In this document: piece after piece, positions 38,076 through 49,858 of the stretch | How the letters are laid out: each line of letters begins with the position of its first letter | Position numbering within the stretch: the stretch's first letter is position 1 | Origin: an uncultured Actinomycetota bacterium | GTDB lineage: Bacteria > Actinomycetota > Actinomycetes > JAHEKZ01 | Assembly: GCA_963743915.1 (NCBI GenBank) | Contig: CAVURN010000002.1 | Location: forward strand, 338,247-402,246 | Length of the DNA stretch: 64,000 nt | Direction: 5' to 3' | The notes under the pieces: generated by a model | What the model saw: only the letters and a program-made list of their open reading frames with translations | Told to the model about the DNA's origin: nothing | The model's database searches: none | Program-made: the position numbers and the translations under genes

Positions 38076-38672
38076 CTAGACGCTCAGGTCGTTGTCGGAC
38101 CGCATCAATGCTACCAAGCGCTCGCAGACCTCGTGCACGTCGTTGTTCACCAGCTGCACGTCGAACTCCGGAGCGGCCGCCAGCTCGACCCGAGCCCGGG
38201 CCAGCCGGCGGGCGATGACCAGCTCGTCCTCGGTGCCACGGCCGGTCAGCCGCCGCGCCAGCACCTCCCACGAGGGCGGGGCCAGGAAGACCAGAAGGGC
38301 GTCCGGCATCTCCCTGCGCACCTGGCGGGCGCCTTCGAGCTCGATCTCGAGCAGCACCGGTTCCTGACGCGCGAGCCGCTCCAGGACGGGGGCCCGCGGT
38401 GTGCCGTAGCGGTGGCCGGCGAACTCCGCCCACTCCAGCAGCTCCCCCGCCGACACCGCGGCGTCGAAGGTGGCGTCGTCACAGAAGACGTACTGGATCC
38501 CGTCGACCTCCCCGGGTCGCGGGGCGCGGGTGGTCAACGAGACCGACTGCCAGATCTCCGGGTGCGTGGCCCTGAGACGTGCCACGACGGTGCTCTTGCC
38601 CACACCGGACGGGCCTGACAGCACGGTGAGACGGGACCGCCGGCCGCCGGCGGTCGGTACGGGGTCGGTCAC
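38076..38672 (-). CDS. gmk: Guanylate kinase
   Basis: 198 aa with the P-loop [12 protein letters not shown]. Confidence 0.95.
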   Translation of the reverse strand: MTDPVPTAGGRRSRLTVLSGPSGVGKSTVVARLRATHPEIWQSVSLTTRAPRPGEVDGIQYVFCDDATFDAAVSAGELLEWAEFAGHRYGTPRAPVLERLARQEPVLLEIELEGARQVRREMPDALLVFLAPPSWEVLARRLTGRGTEDELVIARRLARARVELAAAPEFDVQLVNNDVHEVCERLVALMRSDNDLSV

Positions 38673-39034
38673 GAGGGGGAAGTGTTCCCCAGTCCGGACG
38701 CACCGAGCTCACCGAGCGACGAGGTGCCGAACTCCTTGCGCAGCGCGGCAACCTGGTTGGTGCCGAGCCCGCGCACTCGTCGGCTCTCGGAGATCCCGAT
38801 GCGCTCCATCAGCTGGCGGGCCCGGACCTTGCCGACGCCGGGCATCGACTCGAGCAGCGCCGACACCTTCATCTTGCCGATGATGTCGTCGGTCTTCCCC
38901 TGGTCGATGACCTCGAAGAGCGAGGCGCCCGAGTGCTTGAGCCGGTTCTTCACCTCGGCCCGCACGCGACGGGCCTCGGCGGCTTTCTGTAGCGCCGCCG
39001 CGCGCTGCTCGGGTGTCAACGGGGGGAGCGCCAC
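38669..39034 (-). CDS. mihF: Integration host factor (actinobacterial mIHF)
   Basis: 121 aa: [33 protein letters not shown]...MPGVGKVRA..LGxNQ. The stop overlaps the gmk start. Confidence 0.9.
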   Translation of the reverse strand: MALPPLTPEQRAAALQKAAEARRVRAEVKNRLKHSGASLFEVIDQGKTDDIIGKMKVSALLESMPGVGKVRARQLMERIGISESRRVRGLGTNQVAALRKEFGTSSLGELGASGLGNTSPS

Positions 39035-39096
39035 GGTTCGAACCTTTGCTGGAGCCGGCGGAGCGGCGGCTGCCGCCCCGGAGGGACAGGGCGAAC

Positions 39097-39813
39097 CTAG
39101 CGACTCCGGTCCGCGGACGGCAATGTCCTGCAGGATGCCGCGATCGCTGCAGCCGCAGCCGCCGGGTCGGGTGCCGCGGTGATGGGCCGTCCCACCACCA
39201 ACAGGTCAGCCCCGTCCGCGAGTGCCTGCTCCGGCGTGGCGACGCGCTGCTGGTCGGCCAGGTCGGCACCGTGCGGGCGTACGCCCGGGGTCACCAGCAG
39301 GACGTCTCTCCCCACCACCTCACGCACGGCGACGACCTCGTGCGGGGAGCACACGAGTGCGCGCGCCCCCGCAGCCACCGCGAGCTCGGCGAGCCGCAGC
39401 ACCGACGACCGTGCATCGCCGAGTCCCATGGCGTCCAGGTCGCGAGGACCGAGGGACGTCAGGATGGTGACGGCGGCGATCCGAGTGTCCGGAAGGGCCT
39501 CTGCGGCCGCAGCCACCATGGCGGCGCCACCGAGTGCGTGGACCGTGAGCAGCTGCGGTGCAAGGCCCGAGACCGACCGGGCACCTCCCGCCACTGTGGT
39601 CGGGATGTCGTGCAGCTTCAAGTCGAGGAAGAGTGCACACCCCGGCGCCCGCTCGGTCACGGCGCGGACGCCGTCGCCGCCGGAGCGCAGGTAGAACTCC
39701 AGCCCGAGCTTGAGGGTGGAGACGTGCGGCGCGACGGCACTCGCCCATCGGGCTGCCGTCGTCACATCAGGTGCGTCCAGTGCGACGGCGACCGGGGCCG
39801 GGGTGGCAGTCAC
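39097..39813 (-). CDS. pyrF: Orotidine 5'-phosphate decarboxylase
   Basis: 238 aa with the motif FLDLKLHDIPTTV. Confidence 0.93.
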   Translation of the reverse strand: MTATPAPVAVALDAPDVTTAARWASAVAPHVSTLKLGLEFYLRSGGDGVRAVTERAPGCALFLDLKLHDIPTTVAGGARSVSGLAPQLLTVHALGGAAMVAAAAEALPDTRIAAVTILTSLGPRDLDAMGLGDARSSVLRLAELAVAAGARALVCSPHEVVAVREVVGRDVLLVTPGVRPHGADLADQQRVATPEQALADGADLLVVGRPITAAPDPAAAAAAIAASCRTLPSADRSR

Positions 39814-40925
39814 CGTGGCGGCTCCCGGTCCCCTGCCTGGTTCTCCCCTGGCTGGGTCGCAGACGCATCGGGGGCCGGCGGCTCGGCTGGTGGCGGTTCG
39901 GCGGCGGGCGGCTCAGGCGCCGCGGCGGGAGTGGTCACGGCCGTGGGGCGGGGCCGGTGCGCGTGGCCCACCGCGTCCTCGAACCGGGAGAACCCGCGCG
40001 CCGCCACGAGCCGCTGCAGCTCGTCCAGCACCCGCACGGGAGCATGCGGGTCGTGGAAGACGGTCGTCCCCACCTGGACTGCCGACGCCCCCGCAAGGAC
40101 GAACTCGAACGCGTCCTGACCCGTGCGGATGCCTCCCATGCCGATGATCGGGATGTCGGGCATGGCCTGGTGCACCTGCCACACCGCGCGCACCGCGACC
40201 GGCCGGATGGCGGGACCGGACAGGCCACCGGTCACACCGCCGAGATGCGGACGCATCGTCTCGGTGTCGATCACGACCCCCAGCAAGGTGTTGATCATCG
40301 ACAGCCCGTCGGCGCCCGCTTCGACGCACGCCCGGGCGATGGCCACGATGTCGGTGACGTCAGGGGACAGCTTGGCGAAGACCGGCACGCCGGGCGCGCT
40401 GTGGCGTCGCACACCCTCGACGACGAGAGCGCTCGACACGGGGTCGCACGCGAAGACCTGGCCGCGGTCCTCGACATTGGGGCAGGAGATGTTCACCTCG
40501 AGAGCGGTGACCGCCGTCGAGTGCCGCAGCCTCTGTGCCAGCCGCGTGTACTCGTCCGCCGTGCCGCCGGCGATGGACACCACGACGCGCGCGCCCCGCT
40601 GCTCGAGCCAGGGCAGGTCGTGCTCGACGAAACGGTCGATCCCTGGCCCCTGCAGGCCGATGGAGTTGAGCATGCCGCTCGGTGTCTCGGCCATCCGTGG
40701 GGTCGGGCGGCCCGATCGTGGCTGCAGCATGATCGACTTGGTGACCACGGCACCCAGGGCGGTGATGTCGAAGAACTGGTCGAGCTCGCGTCCGTAGCCT
40801 GCGCAGCCCGAGGCAGTCATCACCGGATTCGGCAGGGTCGTGGTCATCAGTCGGGTGGACATGTCGACGTCCGGCAGCGGCACCTCCGTCTCGGCGGGGG
40901 CGATGACCCGGGTCAGGCGCGTCAT
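39810..40925 (-). CDS. pyrD: Dihydroorotate dehydrogenase, class 1B catalytic subunit, with a Pro/Ala-rich C-terminal tail
   Basis: ORF 39810-41027 trimmed to MTRLTRV (about 40925). Contains NPVMTASGC, the NISCPNV active-site Cys, and GGIRTGQDA. The last 50 aa or so are low-complexity (PAAAPEPPAAEPPPAEPPAP). Confidence 0.9.
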   Translation of the reverse strand: MTRLTRVIAPAETEVPLPDVDMSTRLMTTTLPNPVMTASGCAGYGRELDQFFDITALGAVVTKSIMLQPRSGRPTPRMAETPSGMLNSIGLQGPGIDRFVEHDLPWLEQRGARVVVSIAGGTADEYTRLAQRLRHSTAVTALEVNISCPNVEDRGQVFACDPVSSALVVEGVRRHSAPGVPVFAKLSPDVTDIVAIARACVEAGADGLSMINTLLGVVIDTETMRPHLGGVTGGLSGPAIRPVAVRAVWQVHQAMPDIPIIGMGGIRTGQDAFEFVLAGASAVQVGTTVFHDPHAPVRVLDELQRLVAARGFSRFEDAVGHAHRPRPTAVTTPAAAPEPPAAEPPPAEPPAPDASATQPGENQAGDREPPR

Positions 40926-41785
40926 CAGTGACCTCCTCCGGTCGGGGCGCCCCAGGTGTCCGCGGGCACCGTGCCGACGGCGTCCCACCGCACGCGGTCG
41001 CCGCGGAAGACCGGTCCGTCGACGCACGAGCGCACCATGCGGGTGACCCCGTCGTCACCGACGACCGGCAGCACGCAGGTCATGCAGACCCCGATGCCGC
41101 ACGCCATCGCCTCCTCGACCGCGCACTGCGAGTGCGCCCCGAAGCGGGACGCGAGATCGGCGACCGCCGCCAGCATCCCCATCGGGCCGCAGGCGTAGAT
41201 GACGTCGGCATCGGTTCGGCGGAGCAGTCCGGGCAGGACGTCGGTGACCCGCCCGCGATCCCCCAGCGAGCCGTCCTCGGTCGTCACCACCACCGACTGG
41301 GCCATCCGTTTGGCCTCGAGCACGCCGAAGAGGCGACTCTCGGTCGCCGCGCCGAGGACGAAGTCGACCCGGCAGCCACGCTCACGCAGCTGCTCGGCGA
41401 GCGAGAAGAGCGGGGCGCTGCCGTACCCGCCCCCGACCAAGGTGCACGTGACCGGCTCCTTGGGCAGGGCGAACGGCTTGCCCACGGGTCCCACGACGTC
41501 GAGCGCGTCGTGCTGCCGGACCCTCGACAGCCAACGGGTGCCCCTGCCGTGCTCGGCCACCACGATCTCGACGGTGCCGCCGTACACGCCGCGGTCCTGG
41601 GTGCGGTAGACCGAGAAGGCGCGGCGCAGCAGCATGGACGTTTCCTCGCCGCCCACCGCCAGCGCGACGAAGTGGCCCGGCCTCACCTGCTCGGCGACGC
41701 CTGGCGCCACCAGGGTCAGCTGGTGGTAGTCACCGGCACGGCGGATGCTGAGCACCTCACCACGGACCTGCACGGGGCTCATCAA
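40925..41785 (-). CDS. pyrK: Dihydroorotate dehydrogenase electron-transfer subunit (FAD / 2Fe-2S)
   Basis: 286 aa with RRAFSV (FAD binding) and a C-terminal cluster [17 protein letters not shown]...SCVDGP. Confidence 0.9.
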   Translation of the reverse strand: MMSPVQVRGEVLSIRRAGDYHQLTLVAPGVAEQVRPGHFVALAVGGEETSMLLRRAFSVYRTQDRGVYGGTVEIVVAEHGRGTRWLSRVRQHDALDVVGPVGKPFALPKEPVTCTLVGGGYGSAPLFSLAEQLRERGCRVDFVLGAATESRLFGVLEAKRMAQSVVVTTEDGSLGDRGRVTDVLPGLLRRTDADVIYACGPMGMLAAVADLASRFGAHSQCAVEEAMACGIGVCMTCVLPVVGDDGVTRMVRSCVDGPVFRGDRVRWDAVGTVPADTWGAPTGGGH

Positions 41786-44700
41786 GCGTCTCCTCGGGCT
41801 GCGGTGAGGTGTGCCGCGTGCTCCTGGAGCGACCGCACCCCCACCTCGTCACGGATCAGCGCCTCGATGCCCTGCACCGCGGCGGCCAGGCCCTGGACCG
41901 TGGTGATGCAGGGCACTCCCTTGGCCACCGCTGCAGAGCGGATCTCGTACCCGTCGAGACGGGCACCTACGCCGTAGGGCGTGTTGACGATGATGTCGAT
42001 CGTCCCGTCGAGGATGAGCGACAGCGTGTCCTGCTCCCCGCCGGACTCGAAGTGCTTGCGAAGGACAGTGGCCGGCACGCCGTTCCGTCGCAGCACCTCG
42101 GCGGTCCCGGCCGTCGCCACGATCTCGAAACCGAGGTCGTGCAGACGCTTGACGGGGAAGATCATGGACCGCTTGTCCCGGTTGGCCACGGACACGAACG
42201 CGGTGCCGCTGGTGGGGAGTCCGCCGGCGTACGCGGCCATCTGCGACTTGGCATAGGCCGTGCCGAACAGTGCATCGATGCCCATCACCTCGCCGGTCGA
42301 CTTCATCTCCGGGCCGAGAACCGTGTCGACGCCGTGGAACCGCCCGAAGGGGAGCACCGCCTCCTTGACGGCGATCGCGGTGTCCATGGGCAAGGTGCCG
42401 CCGTCACCCTCGGCGGGCAGCATGCCCTCGGCGCGCAGCTCGGCGATCGTCGCTCCCATCGTGACGCGCGCTGCCGCCTTCGCGATCGGTGTGGCGGTCG
42501 CCTTCGACACGAAGGGCACGGTGCGGGACGCCCGCGGGTTGGCCTCGAGCACGTACAGGACGTCCGACGCCTGGGCGTACTGCACGTTGAGCAGCCCGTG
42601 CACACCGACCCCTGCGGCGATGGCCTCGGTGGCTAAGCGGATCCGCTCGATGTCAGCGCGCCCGAGTGTCATCGGCGGCAGTGCGCACGCCGAGTCACCC
42701 GAGTGGATCCCGGCCTCCTCGATGTGCTCCATCACGCCGGCGAGGAAGAGCTCCTCACCGTCGTAGAGCGCATCCACGTCGATCTCGACGGCGTCGTCGA
42801 GGAAGCGGTCGACCAGAACCGGGTGCTCCGGACTGACCTGTGTGGCGCGCCCGATGTAGTCGCGCAGCATGTCGTCGTCGTACACGATCTCCATGCCACG
42901 TCCACCGAGCACGTACGACGGTCGGACCAGTACGGGGAAGCCGATCTCGTCGGCGATCTCCTTGGCTTCGTCGAACGACATCGCCATGCCGTGCTTGGGA
43001 GCGATCAGGCCCGCATTCGCGAGCACCTTGCCGAAGGCACCGCGCTCCTCCGCGAGGTGGATGGCCTCCGGGCTCGTGCCGACCACCGGGACCCCGGCGT
43101 CCTTCAGCCGCTGCGCCAGGCCCAGCGGGGTCTGCCCACCGAGCTGCACGATGACACCGGCCACCGGTCCGGCCTGCTGCTCGGCGTGCACCACCTCGAG
43201 GACGTCCTCGAGAGTGAGCGGCTCGAAGTACAGACGGTCGCTGGTGTCGTAGTCGGTAGAGACCGTTTCGGGGTTGCAGTTCACCATCACCGTCTCGTAG
43301 CCGGCCTCACGGAGCGTCAGCGCCGCGTGCACGCACGAGTAGTCGAACTCGATGCCCTGGCCGATCCGGTTGGGCCCCGAGCCGAGGATGACGACGGCGG
43401 GCTTCTGGCGCGGCCGAACCTCGGACTCCTCGTCGTACGAGGAGTAGTGGTACGGCGTGTGCGCGGCGAACTCGGCGGCGCAGGTGTCGACCGTCTTGTA
43501 GACCGGTCGGATCCCCAGCGCCTGACGGAGCTGTCGCGCGACGTCATCGGAGATTCCGCGAAGCTCGGCCACCTGCTGGTCGGAGAAGCCGTGGCGCTTG
43601 GCGCGCCGCAGCAGAGAAGGGTCGAGGTCGGTGGCGGCGCGCAGCTCGGCGGCGATCTCGTTGATGAGCGCGATCTGGTCGAGGAACCAGGGATCGATCC
43701 CGGTCACCTCGTACATCTGGTCGACGGTGGCGCCATGCCAGAGTGCGCGCTGCACGACGGTGATGCGTCCGTCGTGCGGACGCCGCGCCTGCTCGACGAG
43801 CGCATCGAGGTCGACCTCGCCGGCAGGGGCGGTCCACGAGAAGGAGGCGTCCGGCTTCTCGACCGAGCGCAGCGCCTTCTGCAACGCCTCGGGGATGTTC
43901 CGTCCGATGGCCATCGCCTCGCCGACACTCTTCATGTGCGTGGTGAGCGTGGGGTCGGCCGAGGGGAACTTCTCGAAGGCGAAGCGTGGAACCTTCACGA
44001 CCACGTAGTCCAGAGCCGGCTCGAACGACGCCGGCGTCTGCGTCGTGATGTCGTTCGGCACCTCGTCCAGGGTGTAGCCGATCGCGAGGCGCGCCGCGAT
44101 CTTGGCGATCGGGAAACCGGTCGCCTTGCTGGCCAGTGCGCTCGAGCGGGAGACCCGCGGGTTCATCTCGATGACCACGAGCCGGCCGTCGACAGGGTTG
44201 ACGGCGAACTGGATGTTGCAGCCACCGGTGTCGACCCCGACCGCGCGGATGATGGCGATGCCGACGTCGCGCATGTGCTGGTACTCGCGGTCGGTCAGCG
44301 TCATCGCCGGGGCCACGGTGATGGAGTCGCCGGTGTGGACACCCATCGGGTCGAGGTTCTCGATCGAGCAGATGACCACGACGTTGTCGTTCCGGTCGCG
44401 CATCAGCTCGAGCTCATACTCCTTCCAGCCGATGATCGACTCCTCCAGGAGCACCTCTGTCGTGGGGCTCGCCTGCAACCCCTCACCGGCGATCCGGCGC
44501 AGGTCCGTCTCGTCGTAGGCCATGCCGGAGCCGGCACCGCCCATCGTGAAGGACGGCCGGACCACGACCGGGTAGCCGAGGTCGTCGACGGCCGCCAGGC
44601 ACTCGTCCATCGAGTGGCAGATGGCCGACCGCGCCACCTCCGCTCCGACCTCGTTCACGATCGCCTTGAACATCTGCCGGTTCTCACCGCGCTGGATCGC

Positions 44701-45063
44701 CTCGACGTCCGCGCCGATCAGCTCGACGTCGTACTTCTCCAGGACCCCGGAGTCGTGCAGCGCGATGGCCGCGTTGAGGGCGGTCTGCCCGCCCAGCGTC
44801 GGCAGCAGGGCGTCCGGGCGCTCCTTGGCGATGATCTTCTCGATGATGTCCGGGGTGATGGGCTCGACGTACGTGGCGTCCGCGAACTCCGGGTCGGTCA
44901 TGATCGTGGCGGGGTTGCTGTTGACCAGGATCACCCGCAGGCCCTCGGCGCGGAGGACGCGGCAGGCCTGGGTCCCTGAGTAGTCGAACTCGGCCGCCTG
45001 ACCGATCACGATCGGCCCCGACCCGATGACCATCACCGACTGCAGGTCGTCACGCCGCGGCAT
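41782..45063 (-). CDS. carB: Carbamoyl-phosphate synthase large subunit
   Basis: 1093 aa, uninterrupted. Starts [30 protein letters not shown], with a duplicated ATP-grasp architecture. Confidence 0.97.
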   Translation of the reverse strand: MPRRDDLQSVMVIGSGPIVIGQAAEFDYSGTQACRVLRAEGLRVILVNSNPATIMTDPEFADATYVEPITPDIIEKIIAKERPDALLPTLGGQTALNAAIALHDSGVLEKYDVELIGADVEAIQRGENRQMFKAIVNEVGAEVARSAICHSMDECLAAVDDLGYPVVVRPSFTMGGAGSGMAYDETDLRRIAGEGLQASPTTEVLLEESIIGWKEYELELMRDRNDNVVVICSIENLDPMGVHTGDSITVAPAMTLTDREYQHMRDVGIAIIRAVGVDTGGCNIQFAVNPVDGRLVVIEMNPRVSRSSALASKATGFPIAKIAARLAIGYTLDEVPNDITTQTPASFEPALDYVVVKVPRFAFEKFPSADPTLTTHMKSVGEAMAIGRNIPEALQKALRSVEKPDASFSWTAPAGEVDLDALVEQARRPHDGRITVVQRALWHGATVDQMYEVTGIDPWFLDQIALINEIAAELRAATDLDPSLLRRAKRHGFSDQQVAELRGISDDVARQLRQALGIRPVYKTVDTCAAEFAAHTPYHYSSYDEESEVRPRQKPAVVILGSGPNRIGQGIEFDYSCVHAALTLREAGYETVMVNCNPETVSTDYDTSDRLYFEPLTLEDVLEVVHAEQQAGPVAGVIVQLGGQTPLGLAQRLKDAGVPVVGTSPEAIHLAEERGAFGKVLANAGLIAPKHGMAMSFDEAKEIADEIGFPVLVRPSYVLGGRGMEIVYDDDMLRDYIGRATQVSPEHPVLVDRFLDDAVEIDVDALYDGEELFLAGVMEHIEEAGIHSGDSACALPPMTLGRADIERIRLATEAIAAGVGVHGLLNVQYAQASDVLYVLEANPRASRTVPFVSKATATPIAKAAARVTMGATIAELRAEGMLPAEGDGGTLPMDTAIAVKEAVLPFGRFHGVDTVLGPEMKSTGEVMGIDALFGTAYAKSQMAAYAGGLPTSGTAFVSVANRDKRSMIFPVKRLHDLGFEIVATAGTAEVLRRNGVPATVLRKHFESGGEQDTLSLILDGTIDIIVNTPYGVGARLDGYEIRSAAVAKGVPCITTVQGLAAAVQGIEALIRDEVGVRSLQEHAAHLTAARGDA

Positions 45064-46202
45064 CAGCGGACCTCCCCGTGAGGCGCCGGGTGCTCTTCCG
45101 GGGCCAGCATGAGGTCGACGAACCGGTCGAACAGGTAGGCGGAGTCGTGCGGCCCGGCGGCCGCCTCCGGGTGGTACTGGACGCTGAAGGCCGGGGTGTC
45201 GAGCAGCCGGAGGCCTTCGACCACGTCGTCGTTGAGACAGACGTGGCTGACCTCGGCACGCCCGAAGGGGGTGTCGGAGACGCCGCCGAGCGGGGCGTCC
45301 ACGGCGAACCCGTGGTTGTGGGCGCTGATCTCGACCTTGCCCGTCGCACGGTCCTGCACCGGTTGGTTGATGCCGCGGTGCCCGTACTTCAGCTTGTAGG
45401 TGCCGAATCCGAGCGCCCGCCCCAGCACCTGGTTGCCGAAGCAGATGCCGAAGGTCGGGATCCGCCGCCCGAGGACCTCGCGCATCAGGGCCACGGCGGC
45501 GTCCGCGGTGGCCGGGTCGCCCGGGCCGTTGCTGAAGAACACGCCGTCCGCTCCGATGGCGACGATGTCGTCGACCGTGGCGGAGGCGGGGAGCACGTGC
45601 ACGTCGATCCCGCGCGCGGCCATCAGGCGCGGCGTCATGGCCTTGATGCCGAGGTCGATGGCCGCGACGGTCAGCCTCGCGTCGCCGAGGGCGGGCACGA
45701 CGTAGGGATCGGCCGTGCTGACGTCGGCGGTGAGGTCGGCCCCGGCCATGTCGGGACTGGTCCGGACCTTCTGCAGCAAGGACTCCACGTCGGTCTCGGT
45801 GGAGATGCCGACCCGCATCGCTCCTTGCTCACGGAGATGCCGGGTCAGCGCGCGGGTGTCGATCCCGGAGATGCCCACGACGCCCTGCTCGGCGAGGCGC
45901 TCGTCCAGCGACCGCGTCGAGCGCCAGCTCGACCGCGTCCGCGAGGGGTCGCGGACCACGTAGCCGCTGACCCAGATGCGACGCGACTCGTCGTCCTCGT
46001 CGTTCACCCCGGTGTTGCCGATGTGCGGCGCTGTCTGGACGACCACCTGCCGGTGGTACGACGGGTCCGTCAACGTCTCCTGGTAGCCGGTCATGGCAGT
46101 GCAGAAGACCGCCTCGCCGAAGGTCTCGCCGGGGGCACCGAACGACTCCCCCTCGAAGACGCGGCCGTCCTCGAGCACGAGCAGGGCGGAAGTGGCGCTC
46201 AT
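45063..46202 (-). CDS. carA: Carbamoyl-phosphate synthase small subunit
   Basis: 379 aa. The glutaminase region has GICFGNQ...HNHGFAV. Confidence 0.96.
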   Translation of the reverse strand: MSATSALLVLEDGRVFEGESFGAPGETFGEAVFCTAMTGYQETLTDPSYHRQVVVQTAPHIGNTGVNDEDDESRRIWVSGYVVRDPSRTRSSWRSTRSLDERLAEQGVVGISGIDTRALTRHLREQGAMRVGISTETDVESLLQKVRTSPDMAGADLTADVSTADPYVVPALGDARLTVAAIDLGIKAMTPRLMAARGIDVHVLPASATVDDIVAIGADGVFFSNGPGDPATADAAVALMREVLGRRIPTFGICFGNQVLGRALGFGTYKLKYGHRGINQPVQDRATGKVEISAHNHGFAVDAPLGGVSDTPFGRAEVSHVCLNDDVVEGLRLLDTPAFSVQYHPEAAAGPHDSAYLFDRFVDLMLAPEEHPAPHGEVR

Positions 46203-46735
46203 CGGATCGCTCCCGTCGCCGAGCGCCGCACGTCCTCGGCGGCCGCTGCGTCCCGCACCCGCAGGCCGGTCTCGAGGGTGGCCGCGTCGTGGCGCCAGGT
46301 GAGCACGAGCACGCCGCCGGACTCGTAGACCTTGCCGGCGTGCCCCCGGTCATGGCGGGCCTCGACCAGGCGGTCCGCGGGGATGAAGAGGTCGGGCGCA
46401 CCGGTGCGGAGGCACCACACCCCGTCCGCACCAACCGCGACCTGTGCCGCGCTGGGCACACCGAGACCCTGGACCACCACGCGGTCCAGCCAGTCCCCTG
46501 CCCGCGTGGTGCCCAGGTACCGCGCCGGGACGCCGGAGACCATCAAGCCCTGCTGGGGCAAGGGCGGGACGGGGGGCAGGGGGGCGATGTCCTGCTGCCG
46601 ACGTCCGCGTCGGACCCAGCCCAGACGCATCAGGCCGATCACGGCCAGCAGCAGCAGCGCCAGCAGAGCAGTCAGCAGCAGCCGCTCGGGCCAGTCGGTG
46701 ACCGGAGCGGAGGCGAGCACGTCGACCGCGGTCAT
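46199..46735 (-). CDS. Conserved membrane-anchored protein of the actinobacterial pyr operon (occupies the position of M. tuberculosis Rv1382)
   Basis: 178 aa with one N-terminal TM helix and 4-nt overlaps with both pyrC and carA. Function is unknown. Confidence 0.6.
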   Translation of the reverse strand: MTAVDVLASAPVTDWPERLLLTALLALLLLAVIGLMRLGWVRRGRRQQDIAPLPPVPPLPQQGLMVSGVPARYLGTTRAGDWLDRVVVQGLGVPSAAQVAVGADGVWCLRTGAPDLFIPADRLVEARHDRGHAGKVYESGGVLVLTWRHDAATLETGLRVRDAAAAEDVRRSATGAIR

Positions 46736-48048
46736 GCGACCACCGCACCGTCACGCGCGGTGAGACGCCCTCGCAGGAACGTCGCGACCGGCCGCGCCGA
46801 CAGCTCGGTGCCGGCGAACGGCGTGTTGCGGCTGCGGGACACCAGGGCGGTGGCGTCCACGGTGTAGCGGGTCGACGGGTCGACGAGCACGAGGTTGGCC
46901 GGCTCCCCCGCGGCGATCGGGCGCCCGTGCCCGGAGAGGCGACCGATCTGCGCGGGGCGGACCGCCATCCGGTCGGCGACGCCGGCCCAGTCGAGCAGAC
47001 CGGTGTCGACCATGGCGGCGGCGACGACGCCGAGCGCCGTCTCGAGGCCGACCATCCCCATGGCCGCCGCCGCCCACTCGCAGTCCTTGTCCTCCAGGCT
47101 GTGCGGCGCGTGATCGGTCGCGACGGCATCGATCGTGCCGTCGGCCAGACCCTCGCGCAGCGCGTCGACGTCCTGCTGCGTGCGCAGCGGCGGGTTGACC
47201 TTGTAGCGCGGGTCGTAGCTGCGGACGAGCTCCTCGGTGAGGAAGAGGTGGTGGGGTGTCACCTCCGCGGTGACGTTGATGCCCTTGCCCTTCGCCCAGC
47301 GCAGGATCTCGACCGACCCCGCGGTCGAGACGTGGCAGACGTGCAGACGGGAGCCCACGTGCCCCGCCAGCAGGACGTCGCGGGCGATGATCGACTCCTC
47401 GGCGACCGCCGGCCACCCACGGAGGCCGAGCACCCCCGACACCGGACCCTCGTTCATCTGCGCGCCTTCGGTGAGGCGCGGTTCCTGCGCATGCTGGGCC
47501 ACGACCCCGTCGAACGCCTTGACGTACTCCAGGGCGCGCCTCATCAGCACCGCGTCGGACACGCAGTGGCCGTCGTCGGAGAACACCCGGACGCGGGCGG
47601 CCGACTCGGCCATGGCTCCGAGCTCGGCGAGCTCGCTGCCCGCCAGGTCCACGGTGACGGCTCCCACCGGGTGGACGTCGCAGAGGCCGGCGCGGCGTCC
47701 GAGGTGCCACACCTGCTCCACGACACCCGCGGTGTCGGCCACCGGGTCGGTGTTGGCCATCGCGTGCACGGCGGTGAAGCCCCCGACGGCTGCCGCGGCG
47801 GAGCCGGAGGCCACCGTCTCGGCGTCCTCCCGACCGGGCTCGCGCAGATGGGTGTGGAGGTCGACCAGGCCCGGCAGCGCCACGAGCCCGGACGCATCGA
47901 GGATCTCGGCGTCGGCGTCGGAGAGCCCGGTGCCCACCTCGGCGACGACGCCGTCGGCCACGAGCACGTCGCGCGGCGCGCCCCCGAGGACGGACGCGCC
48001 CTTGACCAGGTAGCGCCTGGGCTGCTGGTCGTCGCTGGTCGGCATCAC
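46732..48048 (-). CDS. pyrC: Dihydroorotase
   Basis: 438 aa with the metal-binding motif [12 protein letters not shown] and ...ATDHAPH. Confidence 0.95.
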   Translation of the reverse strand: MMPTSDDQQPRRYLVKGASVLGGAPRDVLVADGVVAEVGTGLSDADAEILDASGLVALPGLVDLHTHLREPGREDAETVASGSAAAAVGGFTAVHAMANTDPVADTAGVVEQVWHLGRRAGLCDVHPVGAVTVDLAGSELAELGAMAESAARVRVFSDDGHCVSDAVLMRRALEYVKAFDGVVAQHAQEPRLTEGAQMNEGPVSGVLGLRGWPAVAEESIIARDVLLAGHVGSRLHVCHVSTAGSVEILRWAKGKGINVTAEVTPHHLFLTEELVRSYDPRYKVNPPLRTQQDVDALREGLADGTIDAVATDHAPHSLEDKDCEWAAAAMGMVGLETALGVVAAAMVDTGLLDWAGVADRMAVRPAQIGRLSGHGRPIAAGEPANLVLVDPSTRYTVDATALVSRSRNTPFAGTELSARPVATFLRGRLTARDGAVVA

Positions 48049-49017
48049 TCGTCACCGTCCACTGTCGGACCGCTCACTGTCGGACCGCCCAGAGCAGAGT
48101 CGCTGCCACCCAGCAGCAGGTAGAGCACCGCCATGCGCACACTGACTCCGTTCGTCACCTGTTCGACGATCACTGAGCGGGTGGAGTCGGCCACCTCCGC
48201 GGTGATCTCCAGCCCGCGGTTCATGGGGCCGGGGTGCATGACGATGGCGTGCTCCGGCAACCGCGCCATCCGGTCGGCGTCCAGGCCGTACCGCCGCGAG
48301 TACTCGCGGGCGCTCGGGAAGAACGCCGCGTCCATGCGCTCGCGCTGGACGCGCAGCATCATGACCGCATCGGCGTCCCCGAGCACGGCATCGAGGTCGT
48401 AGGAGTGGTCGCACGGCCAGCCCGACACACCCACCGGCAGCAGCGTCGGCGGGGCCACCAGCGTGACCTTCGCACCGAGGGTGGACAGCAGCAGCACGTT
48501 GGAGCGCGCGACGCGGCTGTGCAGCACGTCACCGACCACGACGATCGAGCGTCCCTCGAGGGTGGTGAGGTGTCGACGCATGGTGAAGGCGTCCAGCAGC
48601 GCCTGCGTCGGGTGCTCATGCGTCCCGTCCCCCGCGTTGACGACCGAGCCGCCGATCCATCCAGAGTGGGCCAAGGTGTGCGGCGCACCGCTCGCGCCGT
48701 GGCGGATCACGACCGCGTCAGCACCCATCGCCTCGAGGGTGAGCGCGGTGTCCTTCAGGCTCTCCCCCTTGGAGACGCTGGAGCCCTTGGCGCTGAAGTT
48801 GATGACATCGGCGGACAGCCGCTTGGCCGCGGCCTCGAACGAGATGCGGGTCCGGGTGGAGTCCTCGAAGAAGAGGTTGACGACGGTGCGCCCCCGCAGC
48901 GTCGGCAGCTTCTTGACCGGGCGGTCCGCGAGCGCGGGCGAGCTCGTCGGCGGTGTCGAGGATGAGGGTGGCGTCGTCGAGGGACAGGTCGCCGGCGGAC
49001 AGCAGGTGACGGGTCAT
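48045..49017 (-). pseudogene. pyrB: Aspartate carbamoyltransferase catalytic subunit, one frame break (about 48937)
   Basis: Reads [27 protein letters not shown], then slips. The other frame continues [31 protein letters not shown]...[10 protein letters not shown]... Confidence 0.92.
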
Positions 49018-49613
49018 CAGGCTGCTCCCCCCGACTGGGACGCCGGCGGCGAGTCGTCCTCGGCGCCACCGATCACGACGGCGTCGCGGCCGTCCGTCTC
49101 CGCGACGAGCACCTGCACGTTCTCGCGGGTGGAGGTCGGGAGGTTCTTGCCCACGTAGTCCGCACGGATGGGCAGCTGGCGGTGGCCACGGTCCACCAGG
49201 ACTGCGAGCTGCACCGCGCGCGGTCGGCCGAGCTCGCTCAGGGCGTCGAGCGCGGCGCGGATCGAGCGACCGGAGAAGAGGACGTCGTCGACCAGGACCA
49301 CGATCGCGTCGTCGATGCCGCCCGGTGGCAGCTCGGTGCGACCGAGCCCGCGCGCAGGGCGCATCCGCAGGTCGTCGCGGTACATCGTGATGTCGAGGCT
49401 GCCCACCGGCACCGAGGTGCCCTCGACGTCTCCGATCCGCGCAGCCAGACGCTGCGCGAGCGGGACACCGCGGGTGGGGATTCCGAGCAGGACGAGCGAC
49501 TGGGCGCCCTTGTTGCGCTCGAGGACTTCATGGGCGATACGGGTCAGCGCACGCTGGACGTCGTCGGCGTCGAGGACCTCGCGGTCGTCGGCGCCGGTCT
49601 CGGACCGGACCAT
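49017..49613 (-). CDS. pyrR: Bifunctional pyr operon regulator / uracil phosphoribosyltransferase PyrR
   Basis: ORF 49017-49637 with probable start MVRSETG (about 49613). Contains the PRPP motif [19 protein letters not shown]. Confidence 0.93.
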   Translation of the reverse strand: MVRSETGADDREVLDADDVQRALTRIAHEVLERNKGAQSLVLLGIPTRGVPLAQRLAARIGDVEGTSVPVGSLDITMYRDDLRMRPARGLGRTELPPGGIDDAIVVLVDDVLFSGRSIRAALDALSELGRPRAVQLAVLVDRGHRQLPIRADYVGKNLPTSTRENVQVLVAETDGRDAVVIGGAEDDSPPASQSGGAA

Positions 49614-49616
49614 GGC

Positions 49617-49660
49617 GGACCTCCTTTCCCGCCTCACCGGACGGACTTAAAGGACGTCGA
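49617..49660 (-). promoter_or_regulatory. PyrR-binding RNA hairpin overlapping the pyrR ribosome-binding site
   Basis: The minus strand reads GUCCUUUAAGUCCGUCCGGUGAGGCGGGAAAGGAGG..AUG. The loop UCCGGUGAGG resembles the PyrR-site core UCCAGAGAGG. The stem CCUUU/AAAGG sequesters the SD. Confidence 0.6.
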
Positions 49661-49807
49661 ACACCCTCACCCTAGCGAACCCTCCGCCGCACCGATCAGC
49701 GGGCGGGGGCGGACGCCGGCCACGCTCTGCAACCAGCCCGGCGCGTCCATTCGGGGGAATGTCCCCTCAGGGCGGGGACGTCTTGGGCCATACCGCTTGA
49801 CGCGGTG

Positions 49808-49837
49808 GTCACTCTCCGTGACGCTACTCTCCGTGAC
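49808..49837 (+). promoter_or_regulatory. Tandem 15-nt repeat GTCACTCTCCGTGAC / GCTACTCTCCGTGAC resembling BldD operator boxes
   Basis: The first unit is an inverted repeat, GTCAC-N5-GTGAC. It fits the recalled BldD-box pattern nTnACnC(A/T)GnGTnAn at all but one specified position. It lies about 145-175 nt upstream of the bldD GTG. Confidence 0.5.
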
Positions 49838-49858
49838 CGATTCTCGGGGCCCAGTGTC

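Noticed and set aside
38669-39034. Unusually long mIHF (121 aa) as a novel variant.
   Set aside because: The extra C-terminal 15 aa or so ([17 protein letters not shown]) may simply reflect lineage variation or another undetected indel. There is no independent support.
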